Assembly: GCA_051971635.1 (NCBI GenBank)
Contig: JBFPLN010000003.1
Span: 288,001 to 352,000, forward strand
DNA length: 64,000 bases
Reading direction: 5' to 3'
Source: Candidatus Atelocyanobacterium thalassae
Lineage (GTDB): Bacteria > Cyanobacteriota > Cyanobacteriia > Cyanobacteriales > Microcystaceae
This document shows positions 43,610-54,761 of the stretch, in pieces (the first letter of the stretch is position 1; each line of letters starts with the position of its first letter). Below the pieces are notes generated by a model that saw only the letters and a program-made list of their open reading frames with translations, did no database searches and had not been told where the DNA came from. Made by a program: the position numbers and the translations under genes.

Positions 43610-44674
43610 TCAGGTAGTGAAAGTTGTTGACTTATCAATTTGTTTGGCTGTTTCGAAGAAAAAACGAACATTATCTTCTGGTGTTCCGACCAATATTCCG
43701 TGGCCTAAATTAAGAATATGCTTGCCTTGGCCAGCTTTCTGCACTGTACTTAAAATACGTTCTTTGATAAATTTTTGAGAACCAAATAATACACCTGGGT
43801 CAATATTGCCTTGTATTATTATATTGTTACTTAAGCGTTGTCTAGCCTCCGCCATATCTATTGTCCAGTCAAGGCTTATAATATCTGCCTTAGAACATTC
43901 CATCTGATTTAGTTTACCTGCACTACCATTAATATAAAGAATGATAGGAGTATCTGGATAAATTTTTTTAACTTGGCGGACTACCTGTTGTTGATAAGGC
44001 AACGCAAAAGATTCATAGTCTTGAGGACTTAGTTGTCCAGCCCATGAATCAAATAATTGTATTATTTGAGCTCCACAGGAAATTTGATAACATGCATAGG
44101 TGGCTATTGCCTTTGCAATTTTACTTAACAGCTGATGAAGAATTTGAGGCTCTGAAAAAGCCATAGCTTTTGTAATAGCATAGTTTTTAGAACTTTTACC
44201 CTCAATAGCATAAGCAGCTAATGTCCAAGGTGAACCAACAAAACCTAAAACAGTAGATTGATTGCCTACTTCTTCTCTTAAGGCCTGTAAAATAATTTTT
44301 ACAAATGACAAAGATTTTTCAGGATTCAGATCATGTAAATTTTCAACTTGTTTTTGTGTACGAATTGCAGGAGAAATTATAGGGCCCTTATTAGCTACGA
44401 TATCAAAAGTAATACCCATACCAGATAAAGGAGTTAGTATGTCTGAGAACATGATTACGCCATCTGGCTGAAAGGCTTGCCAAGGCTGTAAAGAAATTTC
44501 AATAGCAAGGTTAGGATTCTCTGATCTTTCTCGGAAACTAGGGTATTTATCTCGTAGATCTCGGTATACTTTCATATAACGTCCAGCTTGTCTCATCATC
44601 CAGACAGGTGGGCGATCTAAAGTTTCTCCTCGTGCTGCACGAAGAAGATAGGGTGTAATATTAGCTCCTTTCAT
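43610..44674 (-). CDS. hemE: Uroporphyrinogen decarboxylase
   Basis: [31 protein letters not shown]. Confidence 0.98.
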   Translation of the reverse strand: MKGANITPYLLRAARGETLDRPPVWMMRQAGRYMKVYRDLRDKYPSFRERSENPNLAIEISLQPWQAFQPDGVIMFSDILTPLSGMGITFDIVANKGPIISPAIRTQKQVENLHDLNPEKSLSFVKIILQALREEVGNQSTVLGFVGSPWTLAAYAIEGKSSKNYAITKAMAFSEPQILHQLLSKIAKAIATYACYQISCGAQIIQLFDSWAGQLSPQDYESFALPYQQQVVRQVKKIYPDTPIILYINGSAGKLNQMECSKADIISLDWTIDMAEARQRLSNNIIIQGNIDPGVLFGSQKFIKERILSTVQKAGQGKHILNLGHGILVGTPEDNVRFFFETAKQIDKSTTFTT

Positions 44675-44857
44675 ATAGCTTCCAAGGTAATAATTTTGCC
44701 TTTCTAGGCTATCATCAGGTGTAGTTTAGTCATATAGGTTGTAATGAATATTTATTATTTCGTAATTTAGCTGTAGGCCAATATAGCGATGTATAGTATT
44801 TTTCGTTTATATTTTTATAGTTTATTAATATCCCAGAAATAAAAATATTGGAGAGTA

Positions 44858-45460
44858 CTATTTTTTAACCATTAATAGTTTGGCAGCGAAAGCTCCTCCC
44901 AAAAAGCCAAATAAATGACCTTGCCAAGAAATACCTGGCTGTGTAGGCAATAATCCAATAATTAAGCCTCCATATAAGAAAAATATTACAATCGATACAC
45001 ATATCGAGATGATTTGTTTTTGAAAATAACCTCTTAGTAATAAAAATCCTAAATAACCAAATATCAGTATACTTGCTCCGATATGTACAGAGTTCACAGG
45101 ACCAAACAGCCAAACACCTAGACCTCCTATCGTTGTAGTTAAGAATGTCACGAGCCAAAAATCATTAGTTTTTTGAAGCATAACAAAAAATCCTAAAACT
45201 AAGAAAGGAATAGTATTATTAATTAGATGAGATAAATCTCCATGTAAGAAAGGCGCAAGAAAAATACCTCTTAGCCCTTGTAAGGTGTGAGGCTGAACAC
45301 CTAAGTTATCGAGTTTTCCATGAAAAATAAAAATATCAACTAATTCTACTATCCAAAAAATACTAACAAATCCTGCTAAGATAATAATTTTGTTTTTAAT
45401 TTTTTTGGAAAAGTTATTTTTATATAATTGCCTCATAATGTTTTTAAATGGAAACATCAT
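44858..45460 (-). CDS. Rhomboid family intramembrane serine protease
   Basis: FLHG...HLINN, catalytic GAS (HIGASI) and WQGHLFG. Confidence 0.9.
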   Translation of the reverse strand: MMFPFKNIMRQLYKNNFSKKIKNKIIILAGFVSIFWIVELVDIFIFHGKLDNLGVQPHTLQGLRGIFLAPFLHGDLSHLINNTIPFLVLGFFVMLQKTNDFWLVTFLTTTIGGLGVWLFGPVNSVHIGASILIFGYLGFLLLRGYFQKQIISICVSIVIFFLYGGLIIGLLPTQPGISWQGHLFGFLGGAFAAKLLMVKK

Positions 45461-45518
45461 TAATAATAATAACTATTAGTGGTACATTTCGTATAAATAT
45501 TTAGTTTTATAAAAAATA

Positions 45519-45881
45519 ATGGACTCTATCGAAATACAGGGAATTCGTTGCTATGGTTATACTGGATATTTACCAGAAGAAAAAATTTTAGGACAATGGT
45601 TTGAGGTTAACCTAAGATTAAGTCTAAATTTAAAAATCTCAGGGGTAAGCGATTCAATTGAAGATACATTAGACTACTGCAGCGTGATCAATATTGTTAA
45701 AGACGAAGTTACGTCTGCTAATTTTTGCCTCATCGAAAAATTAGCAGAAATAATAGCTCAAAAAATATTATCTCTACCAAAAGTTGATGAAGTTAGCATG
45801 AATTTAAGCAAGGTTTCACCTCCTATCCCTAATTTCGAAGGTCGAGTTACTGTTAACATTACCCGAAAACACATTAGATAG
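45519..45881 (+). CDS. folB: Dihydroneopterin aldolase
   Basis: YGYTGYLPEEKILGQWF, SDSIEDTLDY, LIEKLA. Confidence 0.93.
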   Translation: MDSIEIQGIRCYGYTGYLPEEKILGQWFEVNLRLSLNLKISGVSDSIEDTLDYCSVINIVKDEVTSANFCLIEKLAEIIAQKILSLPKVDEVSMNLSKVSPPIPNFEGRVTVNITRKHIR

Positions 45882-46052
45882 TAATATATGATATGCGATA
45901 AAAGTATTGTCCAAATATAAAAATTGATCACAAAAAATATAATTCAATTTATTTTTACCTAGCTTTTCACGCCTAACATGGCGATTATTCCTTCTCTATT
46001 GTTTAACAAAATTAAACATTTATTTGTTTAAGTTCTAATTCTTATTTGTTTT

Positions 46053-46625
46053 ATGAATATTAATTCCGAAATTAGTAGATTGTTAGATGTAATGCCTGCC
46101 TCTGGTAGGATGCTAACCAAAATTGTCAGTAAATCAGGACAATTACAAGTAATTAAAACACCTTTTCCGTTTCCTTGGAATCGAAAAAATAGATTAATTT
46201 ATATTAATTTTAGCCTTTGGTGCCAATTAACAGAAGGACAAAGAGATCTGTTGATTCTACGCGTAATACTTCATTTAAAAGATATCTATTCATTTAGATT
46301 TGATCTAAACCAAGTTATTCTATTATTTGGTATTTCAGAATTATTTATCAAAGTCCTACAAAAAGATGCATTAGGAATTTCAGTATTCGGAATATTAATT
46401 ATTATTTTTATAAAACAGTTCTGGTATATTGATCGAAACATTAGAAAAGAACTAGATCTTGATAAGGATACGATAAAAGCATCTCTTAAAAGAGGATATA
46501 CAAAAGATATTGCAGCAAAGAATCTTTTAGCAGGAATTGAGAATGTAGCTAAGCTAGAAGGTCGTTCTGTATCAAAATCAAAAAATTTATTTCGTCTAGA
46601 ATATCTTCAATCTCTAATTAACTAA
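46053..46625 (+). CDS. DUF3318 family cyanobacterial protein
   Basis: EISRLLDVMPASGRM...INFSLW...QRDLL...RGY...AAKNLL. Confidence 0.8.
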   Translation: MNINSEISRLLDVMPASGRMLTKIVSKSGQLQVIKTPFPFPWNRKNRLIYINFSLWCQLTEGQRDLLILRVILHLKDIYSFRFDLNQVILLFGISELFIKVLQKDALGISVFGILIIIFIKQFWYIDRNIRKELDLDKDTIKASLKRGYTKDIAAKNLLAGIENVAKLEGRSVSKSKNLFRLEYLQSLIN

Positions 46626-48109
46626 TTATAAATTACTTTGATAGTCTTTAAATCCTGATGACTACATCCAGTAATTATTCCTCCTTGTTGTTTAATTTTT
46701 AGTAAATATTCAATTGCTTTATTAGTAATAAGCTCTCCTGGCATTATTATGGGTATCCCTGGCGGATAAGGACATAACATTTCTCCACTTATCAATCCAA
46801 TACTTTTTTCAGCTGAAACAATTTTTTTAGATGCGAAAAAAGCATCTCTGGGAGATATGCTCAGAGACGAAAAAGATTTTGACTTATAGGATGAAAAAGG
46901 TATTGTCATTCTTAAAGATGAGGTATGTATTATTTTCTTCAGTTCCATAAAGGAGCTCACCAATGCTGCTATATCTTCTTCAGTATTTCCTATCGAAATG
47001 ATGAAAGTAAGAGAAGACAGCATAGGTAACTCTGCTGTCACATTTAATTTTGTTCTCAAAATTTTATCTATTTCCCAACCACTAACTCCTAAAGAAGAAA
47101 TATCGATTGTCAATCTTGTTATGTCTAGATCATAAAATTCTGGCTTTTTTTTTATTAAACTTAAAGTAGAGAATCCTTCAATATTATTAATTTTATCTAT
47201 TGATAGTTCCGATAATTCTATAGTTTTACTCAACATTTTTTGACCATCAATTACAATCTGTTGTCTTGCTCCATCTAAAGATGCTAGTAATAAATTACTA
47301 GGACTACTAGATTGTACTAACTGTAAAACTTGATTAAGTTTATACTCATCAATTAGATTACCTTGTATGTGTAACATAGAAGCTTGTGTCACTGCACCTA
47401 AAACTTTATGTGTGGATTGAACACTTAAATCGGCTCCTACTGATAATGCCGAAGCAGGTAATGCTTTGTGAAACTGAAAATGTGCTCCGTGTGCTTCGTC
47501 TACTAATAAAGGAATGTTATAAGAATGAGTAATTTTAACTATTTCTGCAATATTGCCACAAATACCGTGATAGGTTGGATGAATTATCAAGACTGCCTTT
47601 ATATTATGATATTTTTCTAGTGCTATTTTTAAAATTCTTGGAGTAATGTTCAGAGGTAAGCCCAATTTAGAATCACATTCAGGATATAAAAAGACAGGAA
47701 TTGCTCCAGACATAATTAGACCTGTCGTTACTGAATGGTGAATATTCCTCGGTACAATGATCCTATCTCCTGGATTGCAGACAGCTAAAATTGCGGCCAC
47801 GATACCACAACTCGAGCCATTAATGAGAAACCAAGTCCTTCTGGCTCCAAAAGCTTCTGCTGCCAGATCTTGAGCTTTTTCAATTGCTTTGTCAGGTATA
47901 AATAAATTGCCTATCTCTGGTAGTTCTGGTACGTCTGATTTAAATACTTCTTCTCCTAATAGAGATAATAATGATGCATTTATTCCTTGACCGCGCTTAT
48001 GGCCAGGAGCATAAAAAGCTGCATCTTGATTTTTTTTTAAAGTATTCAAGATATCAATCAGAGGGGTAGTGTCTTGATTGTGAGAATAAATATTTTTTGG
48101 TAGTGTCAT
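46622..48109 (-). CDS. Orn/Lys/Arg decarboxylase (PLP fold I)
   Basis: FYAPGHKRG, VDEAHGAH, QSTHK PLP lysine, CPYPPGIPIIMPGE. Confidence 0.9.
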   Translation of the reverse strand: MTLPKNIYSHNQDTTPLIDILNTLKKNQDAAFYAPGHKRGQGINASLLSLLGEEVFKSDVPELPEIGNLFIPDKAIEKAQDLAAEAFGARRTWFLINGSSCGIVAAILAVCNPGDRIIVPRNIHHSVTTGLIMSGAIPVFLYPECDSKLGLPLNITPRILKIALEKYHNIKAVLIIHPTYHGICGNIAEIVKITHSYNIPLLVDEAHGAHFQFHKALPASALSVGADLSVQSTHKVLGAVTQASMLHIQGNLIDEYKLNQVLQLVQSSSPSNLLLASLDGARQQIVIDGQKMLSKTIELSELSIDKINNIEGFSTLSLIKKKPEFYDLDITRLTIDISSLGVSGWEIDKILRTKLNVTAELPMLSSLTFIISIGNTEEDIAALVSSFMELKKIIHTSSLRMTIPFSSYKSKSFSSLSISPRDAFFASKKIVSAEKSIGLISGEMLCPYPPGIPIIMPGELITNKAIEYLLKIKQQGGIITGCSHQDLKTIKVIYN

Positions 48110-48756
48110 TGACCTATTATAGGTATATGCATAAGTAATAATAAATTTAGTAGTAAAAAAACTAAAAGCCTGTAACTAATTTATAAAATATTATTTTATT
48201 TTTATTTTTAATATCTGCTTATAACAAATAGTATGTAAAATATTATTTTATTTTCCCCCTTTACTAAGTACTTTACAAATATCTCATAGTTTTGAATAAT
48301 TTTTTTTTAAATTACATAATTTACTTTTAGATAATAATTAATCTTTTAGCTTGTTATTTCTATTACTAAAAAATACATTATTATCTGGTGAAATATTATA
48401 TGTATATTTAGATACGATACTTTTTAAGAGCTTTGATGATAGCAATTGATACTAAAACTCTCTAAATTACTTTATTTATAAAGTAATTCGATTAAAGAAT
48501 ATGATTTTATATCAAGCTTAATCATAAAAATCAAAGCAATTAAAAACTAGCAATAGTCTTTTACTATCAGAGACTATTTCTGTATTTAAGACTAAAGTAT
48601 TTACTGAAAAATAACAGAAATAGAAAAAAAATTATTGTATAAAGAATCAAAAATTGAACACAATAGAGCTTTTGATGAAGGTAAGCTTTTTACTTAAAAC
48701 AACCCTTCTTTTATAATCAAAGAAAGGCTTATTAGATTCAATTCTTTATTAATAAC

Positions 48757-49233
48757 ATGGCACTGCTTACTACAGGGAAAAGTTTTATTCGTGACTTAGA
48801 AAAGTCAGGTGCACTTGGAATTTTTACTCCTTTGGAAGGAGGATCAGAAGGTCGTTATCAAAGACGTTTACGACTTAACGGATATGACAGTTTTTCTTTT
48901 ACTGCAAAAGGACTTGGAGATATAGAGGCTTATCTTACCAAAGTTCATGGAGTATCTACTCCTCATTTGGGGAAAAAGAACATTGGTCAACAAGCTGCAG
49001 TAGGTCCAATATATTTTGTTCCTCCAATTGCTACCTATAGATTAGATAATCTATCTTCAAAATCCAAGGGATTAATTCTATGGATTGTAGAAGGTCATGT
49101 CTTATCTAGAGATGAATTGGAGTACTTAATAAATCTACCTCATCAAGAACCTCGAATTAAAGTTGTTGTTGAATTAGGAGGTGAACGTTATTTTCGCTGG
49201 GAATCTTTAGAAAAAATTGCTCAGGCGGCTTAA
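48757..49233 (+). CDS. ndhN: NAD(P)H-quinone oxidoreductase (NDH-1) subunit N
   Basis: MALLTTGKSFIRDLEKSGALG...PLEGGSEGRYQRRLR. Confidence 0.96.
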   Translation: MALLTTGKSFIRDLEKSGALGIFTPLEGGSEGRYQRRLRLNGYDSFSFTAKGLGDIEAYLTKVHGVSTPHLGKKNIGQQAAVGPIYFVPPIATYRLDNLSSKSKGLILWIVEGHVLSRDELEYLINLPHQEPRIKVVVELGGERYFRWESLEKIAQAA

Positions 49234-49239
49234 TGTAAT

Positions 49240-49284
49240 TAAGGAATTGCGGCTTTTTAGTTGAAAGAAGACCGCAATTTCTTA
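49240..49284 (+). terminator. Hairpin downstream of ndhN
   Basis: TAAGGAATTGCGG...CCGCAATTTCTTA stem immediately after the stop. Confidence 0.6.
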
Positions 49285-49373
49285 GTTATATCACTAGAGA
49301 TTGATTCTTAAAAATTTTAAATAATAACTATATAAAGATAGCAAGCGTTTGATTATTAGATACTAAAATTATT

Positions 49374-49406
49374 TAGAAAAATATCTAATAATTAGATATT
49401 TTTCTA
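49374..49406 (-). terminator. Perfect 16-bp-arm inverted repeat downstream of recR
   Basis: TAGAAAAATATCTAAT-a-ATTAGATATTTTTCTA. Confidence 0.6.
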
Positions 49407-49436
49407 TTTTTTACTTCACTCTATTCTCTAACTTTA

Positions 49437-50045
49437 TTAATTCAATTCTTGCCGACCAGCTAAGGCTCTCGCTAATGTTATTTCATCTGTATACTCCAGG
49501 TCTCCACCCACAGGTAGACCAAAAGCAATACGCGTTACCTTTGTGAAGGCTTTAAGTACTTGGCAAAGATACAAAGTCATTGTTTCTCCTTCAACTGTTG
49601 GACTAATTGCTAAAATTACTTCTTTTATATTTTCCTGAGATACACGTTTAACTAGTGGCGCGATATTTAGCTGTTCTGGCCCGATACCATCTATAGGAGA
49701 CATAACTCCTCCTATCACATGGTAAACTCCCTTATATTCTCTAGTTTTCTCTAAAGCGATAATATCTCGAGATTCAGCCACAACACATATAGTGTCTAAA
49801 TTTCGATTTGTATTACTACAAATGTCACAAATAGGGTTTTCTGAAAAATGAAAACATTTTGTACATAAACCTATACGTTGCTTCGCATTAATTAAGGCCT
49901 TGGCAAGAGCTTGAACTTCGGATTCAGGTAATTTAAGAATATAGAAAGCTAATCTTTGTGCTGTTTTTGGACCAATTCCTGGTAATCGCTGCAGTTTTTC
50001 AATTAAACGAGCTAGAGGAGGTGTGAAAATAAGAAATAACTCCAA
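49437..50045 (-). CDS. recR: Recombination mediator RecR (start may be ATT at 50030)
   Basis: [13 protein letters not shown]hH, C4 zinc finger (CTKC...CDIC), Toprim, [15 protein letters not shown]. Confidence 0.97.
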   Translation of the reverse strand: MELFLIFTPPLARLIEKLQRLPGIGPKTAQRLAFYILKLPESEVQALAKALINAKQRIGLCTKCFHFSENPICDICSNTNRNLDTICVVAESRDIIALEKTREYKGVYHVIGGVMSPIDGIGPEQLNIAPLVKRVSQENIKEVILAISPTVEGETMTLYLCQVLKAFTKVTRIAFGLPVGGDLEYTDEITLARALAGRQELN

Positions 50046-50112
50046 ACTTAATAAACTACGAAACGCTAAAATAACTGATAATACAATTGAACTATTACAA
50101 ATTATTGTTTGA

Positions 50113-50880
50113 CTAATTTAGCTTTTTCATTTTATCAGTTTTAATATCCAATTTTGTATTTCCTTTTGTATATTGATTCTCATCATTAATTAATTTAATA
50201 GGTCTCTTATAACGAGGTATTTTTTGTGTTGGCACTTCAAGATCTTTATCCCATCCCCAACAGTTTCGTGAAGGAATAAATTTGAAAATTCCTTGAATAA
50301 ACCAACGAGGAGGCATTTTATCTCTTGATATTTTAGGATTAAATCTAAAAGGTGTCGCTTCATCTTCTCGTCTCATTAAAACTGGAAGATGAGATGCTTT
50401 AAATTTTCCCTTAGGATCATTAGCATTCTGATTTCGATATACAGAAATAACCGGAGTTCGAATCTGTGGAACAAATTGCCAAACCCCTCTAAATTTGAAC
50501 ATTCCTGGCTCTTCTCCCCAAGAATTTTGTTCTTCCCAAGCAGCAACTTGAAAGTAAATCTGAGGTTCTTTACGAGGTATCATCAAGAACTTGGGGTAGA
50601 CGCGCAAAAATAAAGTTTGGTCATGATTGGAAGATATTTGTTTAAGCCAAGCTTGGTATTTGTAACCAGCAATAAATAACTTATAACATTTTTCTCCTAA
50701 ACGAATAAAAAAATGACCTTCTTCATCTTGTTCAGGCTTCCCTTTAAGGGTTCCAATAGCTTGAAAAAGGATAGGATTTTCTTCAACTTCAAGCTTAGAG
50801 ATTGAAGTTTCTTTAGATTTAGTAGGTTTTGAGATCCCAGCAGCAAGTTCTTCAGGGACGGACATTTTTACGTTTCCCAA
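50113..50880 (-). CDS. Hypothetical protein (no family recognised)
   Basis: Long ORF with coding-like composition ([24 protein letters not shown]). Confidence 0.7.
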   Translation of the reverse strand: MGNVKMSVPEELAAGISKPTKSKETSISKLEVEENPILFQAIGTLKGKPEQDEEGHFFIRLGEKCYKLFIAGYKYQAWLKQISSNHDQTLFLRVYPKFLMIPRKEPQIYFQVAAWEEQNSWGEEPGMFKFRGVWQFVPQIRTPVISVYRNQNANDPKGKFKASHLPVLMRREDEATPFRFNPKISRDKMPPRWFIQGIFKFIPSRNCWGWDKDLEVPTQKIPRYKRPIKLINDENQYTKGNTKLDIKTDKMKKLN

Positions 50881-51574
50881 TAGTTTTTTGTGATTTATCT
50901 AGCTAAATTTATCTAAATAATAAACTCCCAGATACAATAAGTCTAGGGGTTTTATAGTATAGTCTTCGCCATAATTATTCTACACAAATCGTTTAAGAAA
51001 GTGCTTTAACTAAAGAATGCATTTAGGTTTAATAAGAACTAAGAATAAAAAAATGTTAATTTTAAAGTTACAGATATTAGAAAAATAGCTTAAAGCCTAT
51101 GTCAATAGCATCTATAAAATTAAATTTTACTATTAATAATATAAACTTTAAAAAAATAAAATAAATGAATTAAGATTAAGTCTTATGTCAAATATCGTAT
51201 GCTGGAATATGATAATCATAAAAGAAAAAAGTGTGATCAGGCAAACTATTGAAAATGATAAGATTAGATAATTTTAAAGTTATATACTAATAGTATAATT
51301 TAATACAAGAGCTCTAAGCCTATTGATAAAAGATATTCACTCTACTTAACTTAAGATTATGAGCCCTATACAATTTAATTTTGCTCGCTTAACTATGAAT
51401 ATATGTCCAAGCAATTGTATTTTTCGCTATTTATAATAAATATTTAATAAAGTTGTCTCACAAATCTAATATAAAAAATATTAGGAGTTGTCAATAAAGT
51501 TTGTATATGTAGTTTCCTACTTGAACTACTTGTTATTATCCATTTAGTTAAATTCATTATTCACTAACTGATAT

Positions 51575-52117
51575 ATGCTTAAGATAAAACTTTTACAACC
51601 TGATTTAGTTTTAGGTGATACAGTTCTTTCCTTAACACAGGAAATGCTCGACCAGTATAAAATCAAAGGACTAATCTTAGATGTTGATGAAACTTTAGTC
51701 CCTCTAAAAAAATCTTTTGTTTCAGAAGAACTAAGATATTGGATACACCGCATTAAAATAAGAACTCCCATCTGGTTAGTGAGTAATAATCTTAGTAAGA
51801 ATCGCATTAGTTACATTGCTGATACATTAAACTTACCTTATTTATTAGGAGCGGTTAAACCATCTAGAAGAAAGCTCCGTATAGCAATTCATGAAATGAA
51901 TCTACCAATATCACAGGTTGCTATGGTAGGTGATCGACTGTTTACAGATATTTTGGCTGGAAATCGTCTGGGAATGTTTACTATCTTGGTGAATCCGATT
52001 ATTACTAGTGAATCTCATCCTATTCAAGACTTAGAAGTTTGGATATCTCAAAAATTAGGAGTATCTTTTATATCTTCAAAATATAAGTCTATAAAAAAAC
52101 AGGAAAATAAATCGTGA
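51575..52117 (+). CDS. yqeG: YqeG family HAD IIIA phosphatase
   Basis: LDVDETL, VSNN, KP, MVGDRLFTDILAGNRLG. Confidence 0.92.
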   Translation: MLKIKLLQPDLVLGDTVLSLTQEMLDQYKIKGLILDVDETLVPLKKSFVSEELRYWIHRIKIRTPIWLVSNNLSKNRISYIADTLNLPYLLGAVKPSRRKLRIAIHEMNLPISQVAMVGDRLFTDILAGNRLGMFTILVNPIITSESHPIQDLEVWISQKLGVSFISSKYKSIKKQENKS

Positions 52118-52256
52118 AAAATTAGATAAAATTTTAAATTTAATGCTCAACAAATTTTTAGCTTTTTCCCATACACTGAAACCGTTTTGTAATAAAAATT
52201 TATGCATTTATTTAAGATGATCTAATTTTTAAATTAACCTTATAAGATTTCTAGCA

Positions 52257-53897
52257 ATGAGTAATAATATTTTATTTTCTATCGAACAATTATCTATTCA
52301 GTATCCTAATAGTAATACTCGAGCGGTAAACAATATCTCTTTTAATTTATATGAAGGAGAAAGAATTGGATTAATAGGAGAATCTGGATCAGGTAAGTCA
52401 ACCGTAGGACAAGCCATGTTAAACTTATTGCCAAAAATGACTAAAGTTGAGGGGGCTATTAAATTTCAGAACCAATCAATTTTTAGTTTGAATTCTAAGC
52501 AACTAAGATATTTAAGAGGGGAACAGGTTGGCTTAGTTTTTCAAGACCCCATGAGTCGTTTTAATCCAATAATGAATATTGGTGAGCATTGTATTGAAAC
52601 TTTACAGGTGCATAATCACAAGTTGTCTTACCAAGCCGCAAAAACAATTGCCATGAATGCTTTATTACAAGTAAAAGTTAATCTTACTTGTTGGAAACAA
52701 TATCCTCATGAGTTGAGTGGAGGAATGAGACAAAGAGTAGCTATAGCAATGGTTTTATTGCTGAATCCTAAAATTATAATTGCTGATGAACCGACAACTG
52801 CTCTAGATGCTACCGTAGCTAATGAGATATTAAAAGAATTAGTTTATTTGTGCCGAGAAAAAAATACGGGACTATTACTAATTTCTCATAACTTAGCCAT
52901 GGTAAGTAAATATTGTAATCGCTTAGCTATTATGAAACATGGCGAGATTTTAGAATCAGGGAAAATATCAAATATACTAAATTATCCTCAACATAACTAC
53001 ACGAAATCATTACTAAAAATAGCTTTAAATACACAAAAGCGAGAAAGTTATACAAATATCAAGATTGATACGCAAAATCAAATACAAATAACTCCTTTAT
53101 TAAATATAAAAAATTTAAAACAGTATTTCATCGCAGATCAGAATTTGATTCAAAGTTTTTTCTTAAAAAATCAGCAAACAATTAAAGCTGTGGATAATGT
53201 TAATCTTAAAATTTTTCCTGGAGATTCTCTAGGATTAATAGGTGAATCTGGCTGTGGTAAAAGTACCTTGTCTAGAACAATATTAAAATTACTAAGCGCT
53301 ACTTCAGGAAGTATTAATTTTCGAGGAAAAGATTTAACACAACTATCTAAAAAAGAAATGCGTTTGCAACGACGTCATTTACAAATGATTTTTCAAGATC
53401 CACAAGCTTCTTTAAATCCTCTCATGACAGTTGGAGAAAGTATTGCTGAACCTTTGATTATTCATAATTTAGCAACTAAGAAGCAAGCACAATATCAAGC
53501 ATATCAAATGCTGGAAACGGTAAAGTTAAGTCCAGCAGATGATTATTATCATCGTTACCCGAAGGAACTCTCAGGAGGACAACAACAAAGAATTGCTATT
53601 GCTAGAGCACTTATTACGAAACCTAGCTTAGTTATTTGTGATGAGCCTGTTAGTATGCTTGACGTCTGTGTTCAAGAGGAAATACTTGATCTAATGTTTA
53701 AATTAAAAAGTGATTTCAATTTAACATATCTCTTCATAACACATGATTTATTAGTTGCTCGTTATTTTTGCAATAAAATAGCAGTTATGAAGCAGGGTAA
53801 GATACTGGAAATAAATGATACTAAAAATATCTTTAACTGTCCTGTACATCCTTATACAGCGAAGCTTTTAGAAGCTATACCTCTGCTTTTATCATAA
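52257..53897 (+). CDS. Peptide/nickel ABC transporter ATP-binding protein with two NBDs (DppD/F fusion)
   Basis: Two Walker A motifs (GESGSGKS, GESGCGKS), YPHELSGGMRQR and YPKELSGGQQQR, HPYT. Confidence 0.92.
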   Translation: MSNNILFSIEQLSIQYPNSNTRAVNNISFNLYEGERIGLIGESGSGKSTVGQAMLNLLPKMTKVEGAIKFQNQSIFSLNSKQLRYLRGEQVGLVFQDPMSRFNPIMNIGEHCIETLQVHNHKLSYQAAKTIAMNALLQVKVNLTCWKQYPHELSGGMRQRVAIAMVLLLNPKIIIADEPTTALDATVANEILKELVYLCREKNTGLLLISHNLAMVSKYCNRLAIMKHGEILESGKISNILNYPQHNYTKSLLKIALNTQKRESYTNIKIDTQNQIQITPLLNIKNLKQYFIADQNLIQSFFLKNQQTIKAVDNVNLKIFPGDSLGLIGESGCGKSTLSRTILKLLSATSGSINFRGKDLTQLSKKEMRLQRRHLQMIFQDPQASLNPLMTVGESIAEPLIIHNLATKKQAQYQAYQMLETVKLSPADDYYHRYPKELSGGQQQRIAIARALITKPSLVICDEPVSMLDVCVQEEILDLMFKLKSDFNLTYLFITHDLLVARYFCNKIAVMKQGKILEINDTKNIFNCPVHPYTAKLLEAIPLLLS

Positions 53898-54107
53898 AAA
53901 AATTTATTATTCTTACTTATTTATTTCAATTCATACTAAAAATAATTTTTCATAATTGAAATAGTAATCTTCGTAAATACTATATGATTACTATTAATAA
54001 TAAAAGAGATAAATGTTTTAGTACTATAGTGTAAGTAAGATTTTCTACAGTTGCGGATACATTGTAGTTAAAATTTTTTAGAAAAGTATATATTACTATA
54101 ATTTAGA

Positions 54108-54180
54108 AGCCACGTATCGGATTTGAACCGATGGCCCCATCATTACGAGTGATGTGCTCTACCAACTGAGCTAACGTGGC
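54108..54180 (-). tRNA. trnT: tRNA-Thr(CGT), CCA not encoded
   Basis: GCCACGTTAGCTCAGTTGGTAGAGCACATCACT-CGT-AATGATGGGGCCATCGGTTCAAATCCGATACGTGGCT folds as a cloverleaf. Confidence 0.96.
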
Positions 54181-54285
54181 TTAAACATGTATTACTATAT
54201 CATATTCAAGAAGTTAAGTTGTTTAAGAAATATAGTATAGTCTTTAATTGAATAATAAAAGCGTTAACAACTATCAATGTACAAA

Positions 54286-54328
54286 TGCCTATTGATAGAC
54301 ATATGAGTTATGTATCTATCAATAGGCA
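54286..54328 (-). terminator. Hairpin downstream of minCDE
   Basis: TGCCTATTGATAGA...TCTATCAATAGGCA, perfect 14-bp arms. Confidence 0.6.
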
Positions 54329-54448
54329 GAAATCTTTAAGTTCAATATTATTACTAACATTATGAGATATTAAAAAAAACATCTTATCATAGTCAGCTAT
54401 TTTTTAAACCAGTTTAAGTATTTTAGCTTTTATTTTGCTATTTATTCT

Positions 54449-54733
54449 TTAATTAACTTTTGTAGCATCTCTTTTTACTCTGCGGATAGGAAGATTGGCT
54501 ATTAGAGCTGTCATTCTCTGATCGCTTTCTAAAGAAAATTCCATTTGTTCAGAATCAATATCTACATAACGTTTTACTACTGCTAGTATATCAGCTCTCA
54601 TAGCTTCTACCATTTCTGGATTTAGATCTGCACGGTCATGCGCTAAAATAAACTTCAAACGATGTTTAGCATCGTCTCCACTTTTTAGAGAACTTTTCCA
54701 AGGAAATATTTTTTCGAGTAAATCAATAATCAT
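54449..54733 (-). CDS. minE: Cell division topological specificity factor
   Basis: SGDDAKHRLKFILAHDR...ILAVVKRYV...LIANLPI. Confidence 0.96.
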   Translation of the reverse strand: MIIDLLEKIFPWKSSLKSGDDAKHRLKFILAHDRADLNPEMVEAMRADILAVVKRYVDIDSEQMEFSLESDQRMTALIANLPIRRVKRDATKVN

Positions 54734-54761
54734 GACTATAATTTAAATATTATAAAATTTT

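Noticed and set aside
54108..54330. tRNA-Thr as an integration site, or the intergenic IRs as MITE ends
   Set aside because: No integrase, transposase, duplicated tRNA 3' end or target-site duplication, and the IRs share no sequence with each other.
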